From IMG/VR virus record IMGVR_UViG_3300020176_000011, positions 16,085-80,084 of that record: DNA of 64,000 nt, one strand, 5' to 3'. The position numbers and the translations under genes are program-made. Source of the DNA: a virus. Shown here one piece after another: positions 25,724 to 35,950 of the stretch (position 1 is the first letter of the stretch; each line of letters opens with the position of its first letter). Under the pieces are notes generated by a model. It saw only the letters and a list, made by a program, of their open reading frames with translations, was not told the DNA's origin and did not search any database.

Positions 25724-26878
25724 TTACTTCGACGTCTTGAAGGCGTCGAGGCGAGCCTGCGTCTGAGCCTGCGTCTGGCCCTGGTTGGCGACACCGCCCG
25801 CCGGGATCAGCTTGTGGACCGAGTCGGTCGTGGCCTTGAGAGCAGCCACCAGACCCTTGACGTCGGCCGGGATGTCCTTGTCTTCCAGCGGCTTGCCGAG
25901 GGCGACGGAGGCCGCCTTCAGCTGCTCGGTCAGGAACACCTTCGTCTCGTCGACCTCGGCGGTGAGCGCCGTGTTGGCGGCGGTCAGCGTCTCGACCTGC
26001 TTGGCCGGACCCGTCTGGGCCGCTTCCAGTTCCTTGACGCGGGCCTCGGACGCCGTCAGGCGGGCCGTGAGGTCCGTGTTGGTCGCCGTCAGGCTGGTGT
26101 TGGCCGCCTTCAGGGTCGCATTCTCGGAGGCCGAAGCGGTGAGATCGGTGACCAGCTTGTTGAAATCGGGGACAGACATGGCTTCATCCTTCACAGTAGC
26201 AAATAGGGTGGTCGCATCCGGCACTTTTCCGGTGGCTGCCAACTTCTGATAGTCGTCGGCACCGAGTAGAGCCTTTGTACGACCGACGATCTTGGGCTTA
26301 TCGGCTGCACCAGCGGAAACTAGACTAAGCTCCATCCAGCGGTCAAGGCCTTTTAGTTGAACATGCACGCCATCCTTGCCGATGGTGTGGTCGTTCTCAC
26401 AGACCTGATCGAAGAAGTTCATCATCGTCGCTTTGTCACTCGCGTAGTCGAAGCCACACGCGGAACAAAGGATGTGCTTGGGACGGACTCCAACGGACAC
26501 TTCGTCGATCACACCCGTGTCCAGCTTGGAAATCAGGTCGACCTCGGTGAGCGGCAGATAGAACTGAGCCCGCAGCTCGGGCTGGCCCATCTCGTCGGCA
26601 GTGATACCGGCGTAGAAGGTCTTGCCGACCGGATGTTCCATGCCCTGAAGGTGCATGTTGTGGAGCGGCACGCCGCCCTTGGCCGGAACACCGGCCATCT
26701 CGGCGAGCAGGCTCGCGTCGATCACACCCTTGTGGAAGATCGAACCACGCTTGCTGAGCGGACGAGTATTGGCGGCGATGGTTTCGAACACCGCGATCTT
26801 CGTCACATCGATCTCGGACCCGGCCGCCGCATGAATGCGAGCCTGGATCTCATCGGTCATTTCGAGACGCTTTGCCAT
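25724..26878 (-). CDS. Prohead protease with C-terminal coiled-coil scaffold
   Basis: MHLQG, EVSVG, CSACG, ELSLVSAGA motifs; Ala/Thr-rich coiled C-terminal third. Confidence 0.8.
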   Translation of the reverse strand: MAKRLEMTDEIQARIHAAAGSEIDVTKIAVFETIAANTRPLSKRGSIFHKGVIDASLLAEMAGVPAKGGVPLHNMHLQGMEHPVGKTFYAGITADEMGQPELRAQFYLPLTEVDLISKLDTGVIDEVSVGVRPKHILCSACGFDYASDKATMMNFFDQVCENDHTIGKDGVHVQLKGLDRWMELSLVSAGAADKPKIVGRTKALLGADDYQKLAATGKVPDATTLFATVKDEAMSVPDFNKLVTDLTASASENATLKAANTSLTATNTDLTARLTASEARVKELEAAQTGPAKQVETLTAANTALTAEVDETKVFLTEQLKAASVALGKPLEDKDIPADVKGLVAALKATTDSVHKLIPAGGVANQGQTQAQTQARLDAFKTSK

Positions 26879-26887
26879 GATGACCTC

Positions 26888-28393
26888 TTACTTGGCTTTG
26901 TCGGTGCGTGCAACATTTGGTTTCGGAGTGGACTTGCTCTTCGCCGCTTTGCTGCTGGAGTTCGGAGTGACGGCTCGACCCATCGGATCGGCGTTGGGAC
27001 TTGCATTGCTGGCGGTCGAGCTGCCCGATCCAGCCGTCATGAAGCCGGTGCCCGACAGTTCGTCGATCCCGTCCGGCTTCGGTCGACCGAACATTTCCAG
27101 GTGGAACTCATTGTCCGTGATCGCACCGATGGACAGGAGTTCGAGCAGACGCTGCTGCTTCATCAGACGCTGGGGTTCGAGTTCGAGTTCCGAGCGCAGC
27201 TCGACCTTCTCAAACTCGACGTCGACGTATCCGTTGAAGCCCTGAAGCCGCATCATCAGCGTGAGGATGTTGCCGTACAACTCGGCGATGGGCTCGTTCA
27301 GACTATCTGCATTGAAGGCGAAGATAGTCGCCTCGACCGAGGCGGTGTTCACGCCACTGTCGCCACGACCGATCAGGGTGGCCATGACCTTCAGGGCCGC
27401 TTGGTTCTGACCATTCAGCACCTCGATCACGCTGTCGATGTTGATCGACATGCCCGGCGCGTCGGCATTCAGCGTCGTGGCCTCGACCGCGTCCGTGCTG
27501 ACGAAGCTCTCGTCGACCCGCAGTCCGGCGATCTTGGCGCGAATTTCGCTGAACCGGTCGTTGACGTAGGTCTTCAGCTTGGCGTTGTCGATCTTCACAT
27601 CGGGCGGGGCCGACTTGATGATGACCTCTTCCAGCACCTTAATATGCAGGCGCGGATAGCCCGAAACCTGCATGATCCGGTAGAGATCATTCACGATCTG
27701 CGTGCGCGCGGCGACCGTGTTGATCACCGATACGAACGGCGAGTAGGTGTAGATGTTGGTCGGGTCCTTGCGGAACCACGTCATGAAGAAGGTCGGGATG
27801 TCCAGGCTGATGCTCTGCTGACTGCCCGGCACGGCCTGTGCAGGCTTGTACTGGCCCGGCGTACTCTCGACCCACTCCAGCGACTTCGGATCCACCAGAC
27901 GGATCTCGGTCGGCAGCAGGTTCTTGTTGACCACCAGTTCCGCGCCGCACCCGCCGCGCATCAGGATCATGTAGCGAATCTGCTCGCTCAGACCGTACAG
28001 GCTCTGGTTGATCTGGAAGCCCAAGGTGTAGTCATTGCGGCCAGTCATGAACTGCAGGAGCTGCATCAGCTGGGTCTGGCCCTTGGAGTCGAGCTGACCC
28101 TTCTGGTCATAGACCAGCATCTTGAGCTTCTGGTTCGCGACCGTGAGGTAGGAGTTCACGGCGGCCGAGACGTCCGGATCGAACTTGATCAGCTTCTGCA
28201 GCAAGTCTTGGCTGCTGGCAGTTGACCGCTCGGTCAGGAGGTCTTCAATATGGTCCCGGTAGGCGGGCGCGGAGAGGACTTGACCGGCGTTCGAGGGGTT
28301 GAACGTTCCGGTAGCCGACACGCCAGTAGGATTGCCCTTACCCTTCGGTAGGACAAAGCCTAGGACGTCGGTGAGTTTGGAAAGGGCGGCCAT
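26888..28393 (-). CDS. Portal protein
   Basis: 501 aa between terminase and protease. Confidence 0.8.
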   Translation of the reverse strand: MAALSKLTDVLGFVLPKGKGNPTGVSATGTFNPSNAGQVLSAPAYRDHIEDLLTERSTASSQDLLQKLIKFDPDVSAAVNSYLTVANQKLKMLVYDQKGQLDSKGQTQLMQLLQFMTGRNDYTLGFQINQSLYGLSEQIRYMILMRGGCGAELVVNKNLLPTEIRLVDPKSLEWVESTPGQYKPAQAVPGSQQSISLDIPTFFMTWFRKDPTNIYTYSPFVSVINTVAARTQIVNDLYRIMQVSGYPRLHIKVLEEVIIKSAPPDVKIDNAKLKTYVNDRFSEIRAKIAGLRVDESFVSTDAVEATTLNADAPGMSINIDSVIEVLNGQNQAALKVMATLIGRGDSGVNTASVEATIFAFNADSLNEPIAELYGNILTLMMRLQGFNGYVDVEFEKVELRSELELEPQRLMKQQRLLELLSIGAITDNEFHLEMFGRPKPDGIDELSGTGFMTAGSGSSTASNASPNADPMGRAVTPNSSSKAAKSKSTPKPNVARTDKAK

Positions 28394-28926
28394 CTATCAT
28401 CCCGAATGTCTGAGTCGTTGTAACCGTTTTGCACGAGCTTCGGCAACGGCTTTGTTTCCGGGCACTTGTTGCTCTTCTCCAAATTGGCCCTGCGAGGAAG
28501 GATTTGTAGATTAGCCGTTACGTGAAGTCCACAACTCTTCTTTCCTTTCAACGGGTAAACATGGTCAACCTGATGTTTGACCTTTGTGTTCTTCGAAATG
28601 ATTCGAGCCAGCCAGTAGAAGGCGAGAATGCCCTCGCGCTCTTGCCAGCCGTCTACGCCTCTCCTCGCGCGCATCGCCGCTCGGCGTTCGGCCGCCCAGA
28701 TTACGGCGTCAGGGTTCTTCGCCAGCCAGCGTTGACCTCTCGCGCGATGTTTTGCGACGTGCAACTTATCGTAGGCTGTTCTGTTGTTTGAAAGACACAC
28801 GACACAAGTGCTGTTTGAAACCATGCGGGCAGCAACATGTCCCCTAACGCAGGGTTTGCCGGTGTAGTATGTCTTCAATCCTTGAGCTAAGGCTTCCTTC
28901 TTGGATACCTTAGCCGAGTGGTCCAT
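28360..28926 (-). CDS. HNH endonuclease (probable homing endonuclease)
   Basis: YYTGKPCVRGH..CVVC N-terminus; HQVDHVYPL..CGLHVTANLQILP..NLEKSNK; lower GC; overlaps both neighbours. Confidence 0.88.
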   Translation of the reverse strand: MDHSAKVSKKEALAQGLKTYYTGKPCVRGHVAARMVSNSTCVVCLSNNRTAYDKLHVAKHRARGQRWLAKNPDAVIWAAERRAAMRARRGVDGWQEREGILAFYWLARIISKNTKVKHQVDHVYPLKGKKSCGLHVTANLQILPRRANLEKSNKCPETKPLPKLVQNGYNDSDIRDDRWPPFPNSPTS

Positions 28927-30646
28927 TTGATGCGTTCTTCTTCGGCTTGTTGAACTGAATCATTTGGTGTTGAGCCATTTCAGCAGATCCAAACAGAATG
29001 TTCGAGCGCAGGTCTTGATCTTCGGCGAGGTCGACGATCTCCCGCACACGCGGTGCAATCAGCACATACGCGATAGCATGGAAGAAGTGATCCGATCCAG
29101 AGAGCTTCTTCCAGACCGCCGCCTTCTCGGGCTCTTCCTCACGCACCATGTCGCGCAGATGCTCGATCAGGGTGTAGTCGTAGGTCGTGTAGCCGCTGAT
29201 TGTCAGCTCCTGGCGCTTGATGCTGCCGAAGACGCGGTCGAGCGCCATGGTGCGGTCGATCTGGCAGTGGTCGGCATGGGTCTTCTCGGGCACCTTGACG
29301 ACGCTGATTTCCTTCGTGCCAGTGTACTGGACCGGCATGATCCGACCCTTCGTGACGTCCCGCATCTCGTCGGCGGTCGGCGTATAGGGCAGTCGGTCGA
29401 TGCAGCCGCCGACGATGTTGAACTCGGACATGAACCGCTCAACCGTCTCGCGCAGTCGGACGTAGGGCACGACGGCGCAGTGGAAGATCTGCAGGTTCGA
29501 GTAGCTGGAGCCGGTGGCCAGTACGATGTGGCAGGCGATGCCGACGTCGATTCCGATCCAGACCTGAGACGACTTCGTCACGTTCGGCTGGCCCGGTGAC
29601 TTGAGGACACGCTTGATCTGCTCGACCGTCAGGCGCTCGTCCGCTCCCGTGAAGGCCTGTCCCAGCACGGTGTTGTGGAAGCGACGGATGGCCTCACGGC
29701 GTCGGTAGTTCAGCAGCTGCGTGACGATGTAGCTCGGTGGCAGCCGGTTGGTGGAGAAGGGCGTGATCCGGTAGCCGCGTGCGTGAGCCCGGCTCGGGAA
29801 CTTGGACACCCACTGTCGATTGTCCTCGCGACCGAGGTCGAGCGGGTTCTCGCATCGCTCGCACATCACGAAGGCGTTCACGATGTCGAGGCTCTGAGCG
29901 ATCTTGTCGTCGATCTCGGTGAGGTCTTCGATATGGTCGGGCAGACCCGGCAGGTTGATCCACTTCCGCTCGAACATCGGCGACTGCCAGTGGCCGCAGG
30001 AGTCGCATTTGACCAGGAACTCGTGCTGGTCGGACTGCTCGTAGGACAGATCGATGCCATAGCTGTGGAAGGTCGGAGTCGAGAAACGCTGGTTGATCTT
30101 ATAGGACGAGTTCTGCAGGCGCGAGTTGAACAGCGCCAGCATCTCCTGGTCGGTGAGGTCGACCTCGTCGTTCATGACCATGTCGGCTGAGATCGAGGTG
30201 GCGTCACCTTCCGACGCGCCGGTCAGGTAGAGCCAGCTGTCGCGCAGCTGCACGATGTCTCGGCTGCGGACCATCTTCTCACCCTTGCGAGGGAAGAAGA
30301 CCTGGTCCTTCTGGATGATCGGCTGCACGCGGCCCTGCGAGACGCGCTTGAACATGTCGTCGTCCGGCATGGTGTAGATCGCCGTCATGCCATTATTTCG
30401 CATGAGCCATGCCAGAATCTTCCGGATTTGGATCTCGGTCATGCCCACCTGGGACGGTTTGATCACGTCCATGTTCGGGTGCATGTCGTCGGCGATAGCG
30501 CGCTGGAACGGGTAGCGAGCGAAGGAGAATGGGCGGCCATTGAGCTTGGTGTTGGCGACGATCCAATCGCTCACGCTCATCTCTGCCTTGTCATGGGCAT
30601 ATCGATTCTGCAGCAGAGCCAGGAATTCCGCACTGTACTTGTTCAC
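28910..30646 (-). CDS. terL: Terminase large subunit (gpA-like)
   Basis: YPFQ, IKPSQVGMTE Walker A, NDEVD Walker B, FSTPT, CxxC pairs, GIDVG and DHFFHA nuclease motifs. Confidence 0.92.
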   Translation of the reverse strand: MNKYSAEFLALLQNRYAHDKAEMSVSDWIVANTKLNGRPFSFARYPFQRAIADDMHPNMDVIKPSQVGMTEIQIRKILAWLMRNNGMTAIYTMPDDDMFKRVSQGRVQPIIQKDQVFFPRKGEKMVRSRDIVQLRDSWLYLTGASEGDATSISADMVMNDEVDLTDQEMLALFNSRLQNSSYKINQRFSTPTFHSYGIDLSYEQSDQHEFLVKCDSCGHWQSPMFERKWINLPGLPDHIEDLTEIDDKIAQSLDIVNAFVMCERCENPLDLGREDNRQWVSKFPSRAHARGYRITPFSTNRLPPSYIVTQLLNYRRREAIRRFHNTVLGQAFTGADERLTVEQIKRVLKSPGQPNVTKSSQVWIGIDVGIACHIVLATGSSYSNLQIFHCAVVPYVRLRETVERFMSEFNIVGGCIDRLPYTPTADEMRDVTKGRIMPVQYTGTKEISVVKVPEKTHADHCQIDRTMALDRVFGSIKRQELTISGYTTYDYTLIEHLRDMVREEEPEKAAVWKKLSGSDHFFHAIAYVLIAPRVREIVDLAEDQDLRSNILFGSAEMAQHQMIQFNKPKKNASNGPLG

Positions 30647-30769
30647 GCTGTACCCCTTGGCATTGGGCGGCGAACTGCCGGACCAGTTCGCCGCCCTGCC
30701 GCCCCTGCCTCACACCCACGGCGCTTTCTACGGCGCGACTGCGATAAAAGCAAGCGACCAAGCGCCTTT

Positions 30770-30820
30770 CAATTTTTCACTTTGTCCTTGCAATAGTTTT
30801 CTACAGTGTATAAAAGTTCG
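30770..30820. promoter_or_regulatory. AT-rich divergent promoter region
   Basis: Between divergent terL and the 30845 ORF; TTGCAA at 30788 with TATAAAA downstream. Confidence 0.45.
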
Positions 30821-30844
30821 CTCCCAACGCAATTCGAGGCACCC

Positions 30845-31411
30845 GTGGATTACCATTTTCCCAGTATTCCCAATGACATAGCAGGCCAATTCGGCCTCAT
30901 GTTGATGATCGCCAAGGACAAGCCGGACTACTTCGACGCGCCGAACTGTCCGTATCCCGACGCTCTCAAGACGCTCCTCAAGGAGCTGACGGCCCCGAAG
31001 CCGGTCGCGCCCCCGGCCATCGTGAGCGTCGATCCGGTCCTTCCCGAGGACAAGTGGGTCACTCTGGAGCGGGAAGCGAAGAAGGTCTTCGACGATCTGA
31101 AGGCCTCCTACCCCGACATTCAGGTCCAGGACGTCGCCGAACGCATGTCGTTCTTCCGCACTGCGACGTCCTTGCTGGAGAAGCTGGTCGGCCTCCAGGA
31201 ACGTGCGGTCGGTTTGAAGCAGATGTCGGAGTTCCAGAACACCATCATCCAGTTCTTGGACGAGATCTGCGACAACAATCAGAAGACCATTCTCATGGAA
31301 CGAATCAAGGCCCTACAGTTGAGCGAAGGAGCGAACCGTGTCATCCAAGAAGACAAACCTGTGGTCAAAGCTAAGTCGGCATCTCAAGATCGTGGTGGCG
31401 AACCCGACTGA
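30845..31411 (+). CDS. Hypothetical helical protein (possible small terminase)
   Basis: GAGG RBS before GTG; adjacent to terL; function is a positional guess only. Confidence 0.5.
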   Translation: MDYHFPSIPNDIAGQFGLMLMIAKDKPDYFDAPNCPYPDALKTLLKELTAPKPVAPPAIVSVDPVLPEDKWVTLEREAKKVFDDLKASYPDIQVQDVAERMSFFRTATSLLEKLVGLQERAVGLKQMSEFQNTIIQFLDEICDNNQKTILMERIKALQLSEGANRVIQEDKPVVKAKSASQDRGGEPD

Positions 31412-31892
31412 CTTTGAGCCCAGTCAGTTCTTCGCACTCGGACTGCTCGAATTCTCCGAGTGGCCGCAGGAGCTTCTGGTCGCCCACTGGTTCTGGGACG
31501 GCAGCGGCAGCGAGGAACACCCGACCGTCCGCGTCGGCAAGGAGATCCACACGGTCCGCCGGGTTCTCTACTGCCTGACGGCCAACGATCCCGAGCCTCG
31601 GAAGGGCGTCTACTTCAAGGTCCACTGCAACGCAGTCGGCTGCGTGAACCCCAGCCACTTCCATCCGGAAGCAAAGAAGGGTTTCACACTCAATCCGGAC
31701 ACTCCCGTCTACAAGGAAGCCGTGGTTGAGCCGAACGATCTGGAGGATTTGGCTCAGGAGTTGATGGGTATCGTCGCAATGCGAGAGCCCGAGAGCTTCA
31801 AAGAGCTGATGAGTCGAGATTTCGTCAAGGAATTCACCGAAGATCAGGTTCGAGCAGCTCTCAAGTTCGCCGAACTCCCCGTACCCGCCTAG
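31338..31892 (+). CDS. HNH_3-like (possibly degenerate) nuclease/Zn-loop protein
   Basis: VRRVLYCL...HCNAVGCVNPSH motif. Confidence 0.6.
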   Translation: MSSKKTNLWSKLSRHLKIVVANPTDFEPSQFFALGLLEFSEWPQELLVAHWFWDGSGSEEHPTVRVGKEIHTVRRVLYCLTANDPEPRKGVYFKVHCNAVGCVNPSHFHPEAKKGFTLNPDTPVYKEAVVEPNDLEDLAQELMGIVAMREPESFKELMSRDFVKEFTEDQVRAALKFAELPVPA

Positions 31893-31902
31893 GACAATCA
31901 TC

Positions 31903-34443
31903 ATGAGTATCATGGACCAATTCATGTCTGGTAAGGCCGAAATCCTGCCGGAACACGACAAAGAAACGGGCGAAATCGTCGAAAAAGTCGTCGAAAACAC
32001 CGAAAATCCGCTCGAATTGAGCAAAATTCAGCATATTTTCGCTGAAACAGCGCCGTTTTACTTCGCTGCTGGCCTTCCGGTGATCCCGCTTGCACAGAGC
32101 AGCAAGCGCGCCATCCTGGACAACTGGGCCGCTTACCACGACCACATGCCGGACGAGGAGACGCGGGCGACGTGGCTCAAGAACTATGCCGATGGCAACA
32201 TCGGACTGGTTCTAGGCTCGGCTTCCGGCGTTTCGATGATCGACATCGACACCGAGGACACGGAACTGGCCCAGGCCCTCATCGCCGTGCTGCCCGAGAG
32301 CCCGTGGTGCAAGATCGGCAAGAAGGGTGTCACCCTGGCGTACCGCTACAACGGCACGCGCTCGTTCCGCATCCGTGGCAAGGTCGGCGGAATGATCATC
32401 GAGCATCTGTCGTCGAAGACGCAGACCGTGATGCCGCCGTCGATCCATCCCGACACGATGCGTCCCTACGTGTCGAACTGCAATCTCTGGGAAGTGAAGT
32501 CGCAGCTTCCCTCGTTGCCGCTCGACATTGAGGAACAGCTTCGCACCATGCTGACGAAGCGTGGCATCGAGCTGTCGGCCCACGGCTACACCAAGCTGTC
32601 CGACAAGGTGTCGGTTGGCTCGCGGGACATCTCGATCACGCAGCGCGCGGGCATGTATGCCACGTTCGTCATGCGTGGTGAGAAGTCCCTGATCGACGCC
32701 GCCAATGAGCTACGCACGAACATCTCGATGATGGTCGAGGATGTGGCTGGTGACCCGGTGGATCCCGAGAAGCACGTCCGCAACATGATCATGTTCATGA
32801 AGCGCGACGTGTTGGAGAAGAAGAAGCGCCTGCCGAAGGGTTGGGATACTGGCCTAACCGACGAGCAGAAGACCGAACTGGGTCTGGACTTCGGCCAGAA
32901 CGAGGTCGAGTGGTCGGCGACTGAGATGATCGCCTACCTGAAGAACGAGTTCGAGACGAACCCGATTGAGGGCGAGGGCCGTATGCAGGCCATCGACCGT
33001 ATCCTCGATCAGATGAAGAACACGAAGTCGCTCAACGACATCGACCAGGATCGGGTGTTGACCTACATCACCAACACCTCGAACATGAACATCAAGATCG
33101 GCACCCTGCGGAAGTCTCTGCGGGAGCGTCGGCAGGGCGAGATCACCGGTACGACTCACGGTCAGATCGCCGAGTGCTTGATCGAGGACTACAACAAGAT
33201 CAGTCCCCTCCGCTACTGGAACGACAAATTCTGGCGTTGGGGTGGATCGCACTGGGAGCGCGTGGAGAAGAACGAGATCCTCTCCAAGATCGTGAAGGAC
33301 TACGGCGAGCTTCCCGCTGCGAAGCGGTGGTCCGACCACAACGGCATCTACGGCACGATGTCGGCTCTGTCTTCGGGCCAGCTGGCCGAGACTCGAGAGT
33401 TTGGCGTCAACTTCGCCAACGGGTTCCTGCTGCGGAACATGAAGCTAGTCGAACATTCACCCAGCCACGGCATGCTCTACACGCTGCCCTACCGCTATAT
33501 GCCCGAGGACAGCCATCGCTGCACCAAGTGGCTCGCGTTCCTGGAGAAGATCTGGGGAGAAGACGAGGACTATCTGGAGAAGGTGGAGTGTCTGCGCGAC
33601 GTGATGTGCATCACGATGTTCGGCCTCGGGACGTCGATGCAACGCGCCGTGTTGCTCTACGGCATCCCACACTCAGGCAAGTCGCAGATCATGGGCGTGA
33701 TGGAGGGACTGATGGACCCGTCCACCGTGTCGATGGTGTCTCCGAAGATGTGGGGCGACAAGTTCTCTCCCATCGGCATGCTGGACAAGCTCCTGAACGT
33801 GTGCGGTGAGTTGGGTACGTCGCAGAAGATTGACGGTCCCAGCTTCAAGACCATCATCGCCGGTGAGCCGCTGGAAGTTCAGTACAAGGGCAAGCAGAAC
33901 TTCGGTGCCCGCTTCATCGCCACCCACTGGTTCGCCTCCAATCATGTGCCTCGGTCGGACGACGACACGGGTGGCTTCGTCCGTCGCTGGATCACGCTCA
34001 CTTTCAACAAGAAGATCACGGCGACCGAGAAGATCGACCGGTACTCGGAGATGTTGCTGGCCGAGGAGCGCGAAGCGATCTGCGCGTGGGTGATGGAGTC
34101 CGCGCACAAGTTCCAGAAGACGACGAACCCGACGTTCCCGAAGTCGCATCAGGCGTTCGTCCACGAGATGTTCAACATGCACAACTCGGTTCGGATGTTC
34201 TTCATGGATTCAGGCCTGGCTGTGGGCAAGTCTGAAGGCGAGATCGACGAACATTCCCTGCATCAGCGGTATTGGTCCTATTGCGTGCAGACGGGCCTGG
34301 CCCGGCCGGTGTCACAGTCGTTCTTCCGCAAGAAGGCTCGGGAGTTCGAGATGGACATCGGGTTCAAGATCGTGATGCGACCGAACAAGGACACCGGCAC
34401 GGAGGAAGCCTTCTACTCGGGCCTGTCGATGCGTCGGAAGTAA
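31903..34443 (+). CDS. Bifunctional Prim-Pol primase with D5-like SF3 helicase
   Basis: GLPVIPL, NIGLVLG, IDIDT, VMPPSIHPDT primase motifs; LYGIPHSGKS Walker A; FASNHVP; RRWITLTFN. Confidence 0.92.
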   Translation: MSIMDQFMSGKAEILPEHDKETGEIVEKVVENTENPLELSKIQHIFAETAPFYFAAGLPVIPLAQSSKRAILDNWAAYHDHMPDEETRATWLKNYADGNIGLVLGSASGVSMIDIDTEDTELAQALIAVLPESPWCKIGKKGVTLAYRYNGTRSFRIRGKVGGMIIEHLSSKTQTVMPPSIHPDTMRPYVSNCNLWEVKSQLPSLPLDIEEQLRTMLTKRGIELSAHGYTKLSDKVSVGSRDISITQRAGMYATFVMRGEKSLIDAANELRTNISMMVEDVAGDPVDPEKHVRNMIMFMKRDVLEKKKRLPKGWDTGLTDEQKTELGLDFGQNEVEWSATEMIAYLKNEFETNPIEGEGRMQAIDRILDQMKNTKSLNDIDQDRVLTYITNTSNMNIKIGTLRKSLRERRQGEITGTTHGQIAECLIEDYNKISPLRYWNDKFWRWGGSHWERVEKNEILSKIVKDYGELPAAKRWSDHNGIYGTMSALSSGQLAETREFGVNFANGFLLRNMKLVEHSPSHGMLYTLPYRYMPEDSHRCTKWLAFLEKIWGEDEDYLEKVECLRDVMCITMFGLGTSMQRAVLLYGIPHSGKSQIMGVMEGLMDPSTVSMVSPKMWGDKFSPIGMLDKLLNVCGELGTSQKIDGPSFKTIIAGEPLEVQYKGKQNFGARFIATHWFASNHVPRSDDDTGGFVRRWITLTFNKKITATEKIDRYSEMLLAEEREAICAWVMESAHKFQKTTNPTFPKSHQAFVHEMFNMHNSVRMFFMDSGLAVGKSEGEIDEHSLHQRYWSYCVQTGLARPVSQSFFRKKAREFEMDIGFKIVMRPNKDTGTEEAFYSGLSMRRK

Positions 34444-34467
34444 GTGTGGCAAAAATGACACACTCAG

Positions 34468-34497
34468 GGCCTGTGGCAGAAATGTCACAGGCCTTTT
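34468..34497 (+). terminator. Terminator after the primase-helicase (overlaps a motif B copy)
   Basis: GGCCTGTGGCA-GAAA-TGTCACAGGCC-TTTT. Confidence 0.75.
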
Positions 34498-34943
34498 GCT
34501 TGAACCGTTTTGGTTCAACTGAAATCCTCAAAATTTTCCCTAGTGAGTTTCGACCCTATCAAACTCCCTGGGTCCGTGACCCTAGAAAAAGTATACCCTC
34601 CTTCCTGAGCCTTAGTTTTATTGTAGGTCAGCCTTAGTATTGGTCGCCCTTCAAAGTCGCGTTTCATGTCGATTATTGTTGTCTCAATATATCCAAGGTG
34701 TATTGTCTCCCTATGTTCACTTCTTACTTTCCTCTCGCTACTTCCTCCCAGGGCCTCGCGGGGCCTGTGGGAGAGGTGCGTCCGGATTTTGGGATGCGGA
34801 ACATGGTCGGCGCTGCCAAATTTGGCAGCGCCGTCCACTGCCAAATTGGCAGTGCGGACGGCACGCATGGTGCGGCCGGTACCGCTCACGTCCACTGCCA
34901 AATTGGCAGCGGGCAAGGCAACGCAAACGGAAAGGCTAATCAA

Positions 34944-35690
34944 ATGACTGCCACCACGCAGGAAGCGGGCAAGGTCAACGCGAGCAACGTGACCCTTAAC
35001 CCGGTCAAGGTCTACAGCGACGAGCAAGAGGTTTCGTTCCGCGCGGCCGACGCCGCTGCCAATTTGGCAGCGAACGGCGCTCCCATCGCTTTCGTGGCGG
35101 CGCTGCTCGTCGCGGACAATTACGCAAGCGGCGTCATCTTGGAGCCGCGCGGCAAAGACCCGGTCCGGGTCGCGCGGCTCGCCAAGGCCAAGGAAGCCTT
35201 TGGCAATGAGCGGACGCCGTTCCGGTTCTGGGCCACGGCGCTGGCCTATCGCATCAAGGCCAGCACGGACGTCGAAACGGCCGTTTCGATGGCCACGAAA
35301 GACGACAAGGGCAAGCCCATCAAGACGGTAGAGGCCCAAGTCGCCCGCGCGACCGGCCTTCTGGTCCGCATGATGGCCTCGCGCGGCTATCACACCATGC
35401 ACGGCCTGTCCATCGGCCTTGGCCTGTCCAAAGACCCGGCCGACGGCAAGGGCAAGGGCAAGGGCAAGGCCGATAACTCGCCCAAGTCGGGCGAGGGGGA
35501 AGGCGCGGCGGACGGCGGCAAGGTCAAGGTCGCGGACGCGGCGGCGGACGTGCGGACGGCGCTGATCTGTGAAGCCCTCAAGGCTGGCGGTTTCTCGCCC
35601 GAACAGCACGCCCTCATCGCGGCGGCGGTTCTGGCTGCCAAGCCGGCGGATGTGACGGCCGACGCGGAACCGGAAAAGGTCGCGGCCTAA
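34944..35690 (+). CDS. Hypothetical 248-aa Ala-rich protein (candidate pre-early gene)
   Basis: AAAGG RBS; high-GC codon bias; GKGKGKGK linker; followed by a 35-bp palindrome. Confidence 0.75.
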   Translation: MTATTQEAGKVNASNVTLNPVKVYSDEQEVSFRAADAAANLAANGAPIAFVAALLVADNYASGVILEPRGKDPVRVARLAKAKEAFGNERTPFRFWATALAYRIKASTDVETAVSMATKDDKGKPIKTVEAQVARATGLLVRMMASRGYHTMHGLSIGLGLSKDPADGKGKGKGKADNSPKSGEGEGAADGGKVKVADAAADVRTALICEALKAGGFSPEQHALIAAAVLAAKPADVTADAEPEKVAA

Positions 35691-35785
35691 CGCGGCACGG
35701 CAAGCCCACTGCCAAATTGGCAGTGGGCTTGCCCCTCGCATAATCGCCCGGCAATCCGGCCGGACGATTATCAGAGGGAAACGCT

Positions 35786-35950
35786 ATGGACGCGATGACG
35801 GTTTTATTCGGGCTTCTGGCCCTGTCCATCCTATTCCTGCCGGTTTGCTTCTGGCTCGATAGCCGGGCGAGCCGGTCGCGGCGACAAATGCGCGCCCATC
35901 GTGCCCGCCAGCGTCGCGCGGCTGCCTTCTACCGGCGGGTCTGGTCATGA
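35786..35950 (+). CDS. 54-aa single-TM peptide with Arg-rich tail (below the ORF-track size cutoff)
   Basis: GAGGG RBS; MDAMTVLFGLLALSILFLPVCFWLDSRASRSRRQMR... Confidence 0.6.
   Translation: MDAMTVLFGLLALSILFLPVCFWLDSRASRSRRQMRAHRARQRRAAAFYRRVWS

Noticed and set aside
2597-28225. Long plus-strand ORFs (e.g. 2597-4651, 9237-11483, 17360-19456, 26357-28225)
   Set aside because: Antisense shadows of GC3-biased structural genes; no RBS or recognisable motifs
34698-34943. N-terminal extension of the 330-aa ORF call
   Set aside because: It runs through motif A repeats with no RBS; ATG 34944 has a good RBS and coding-like bias begins there
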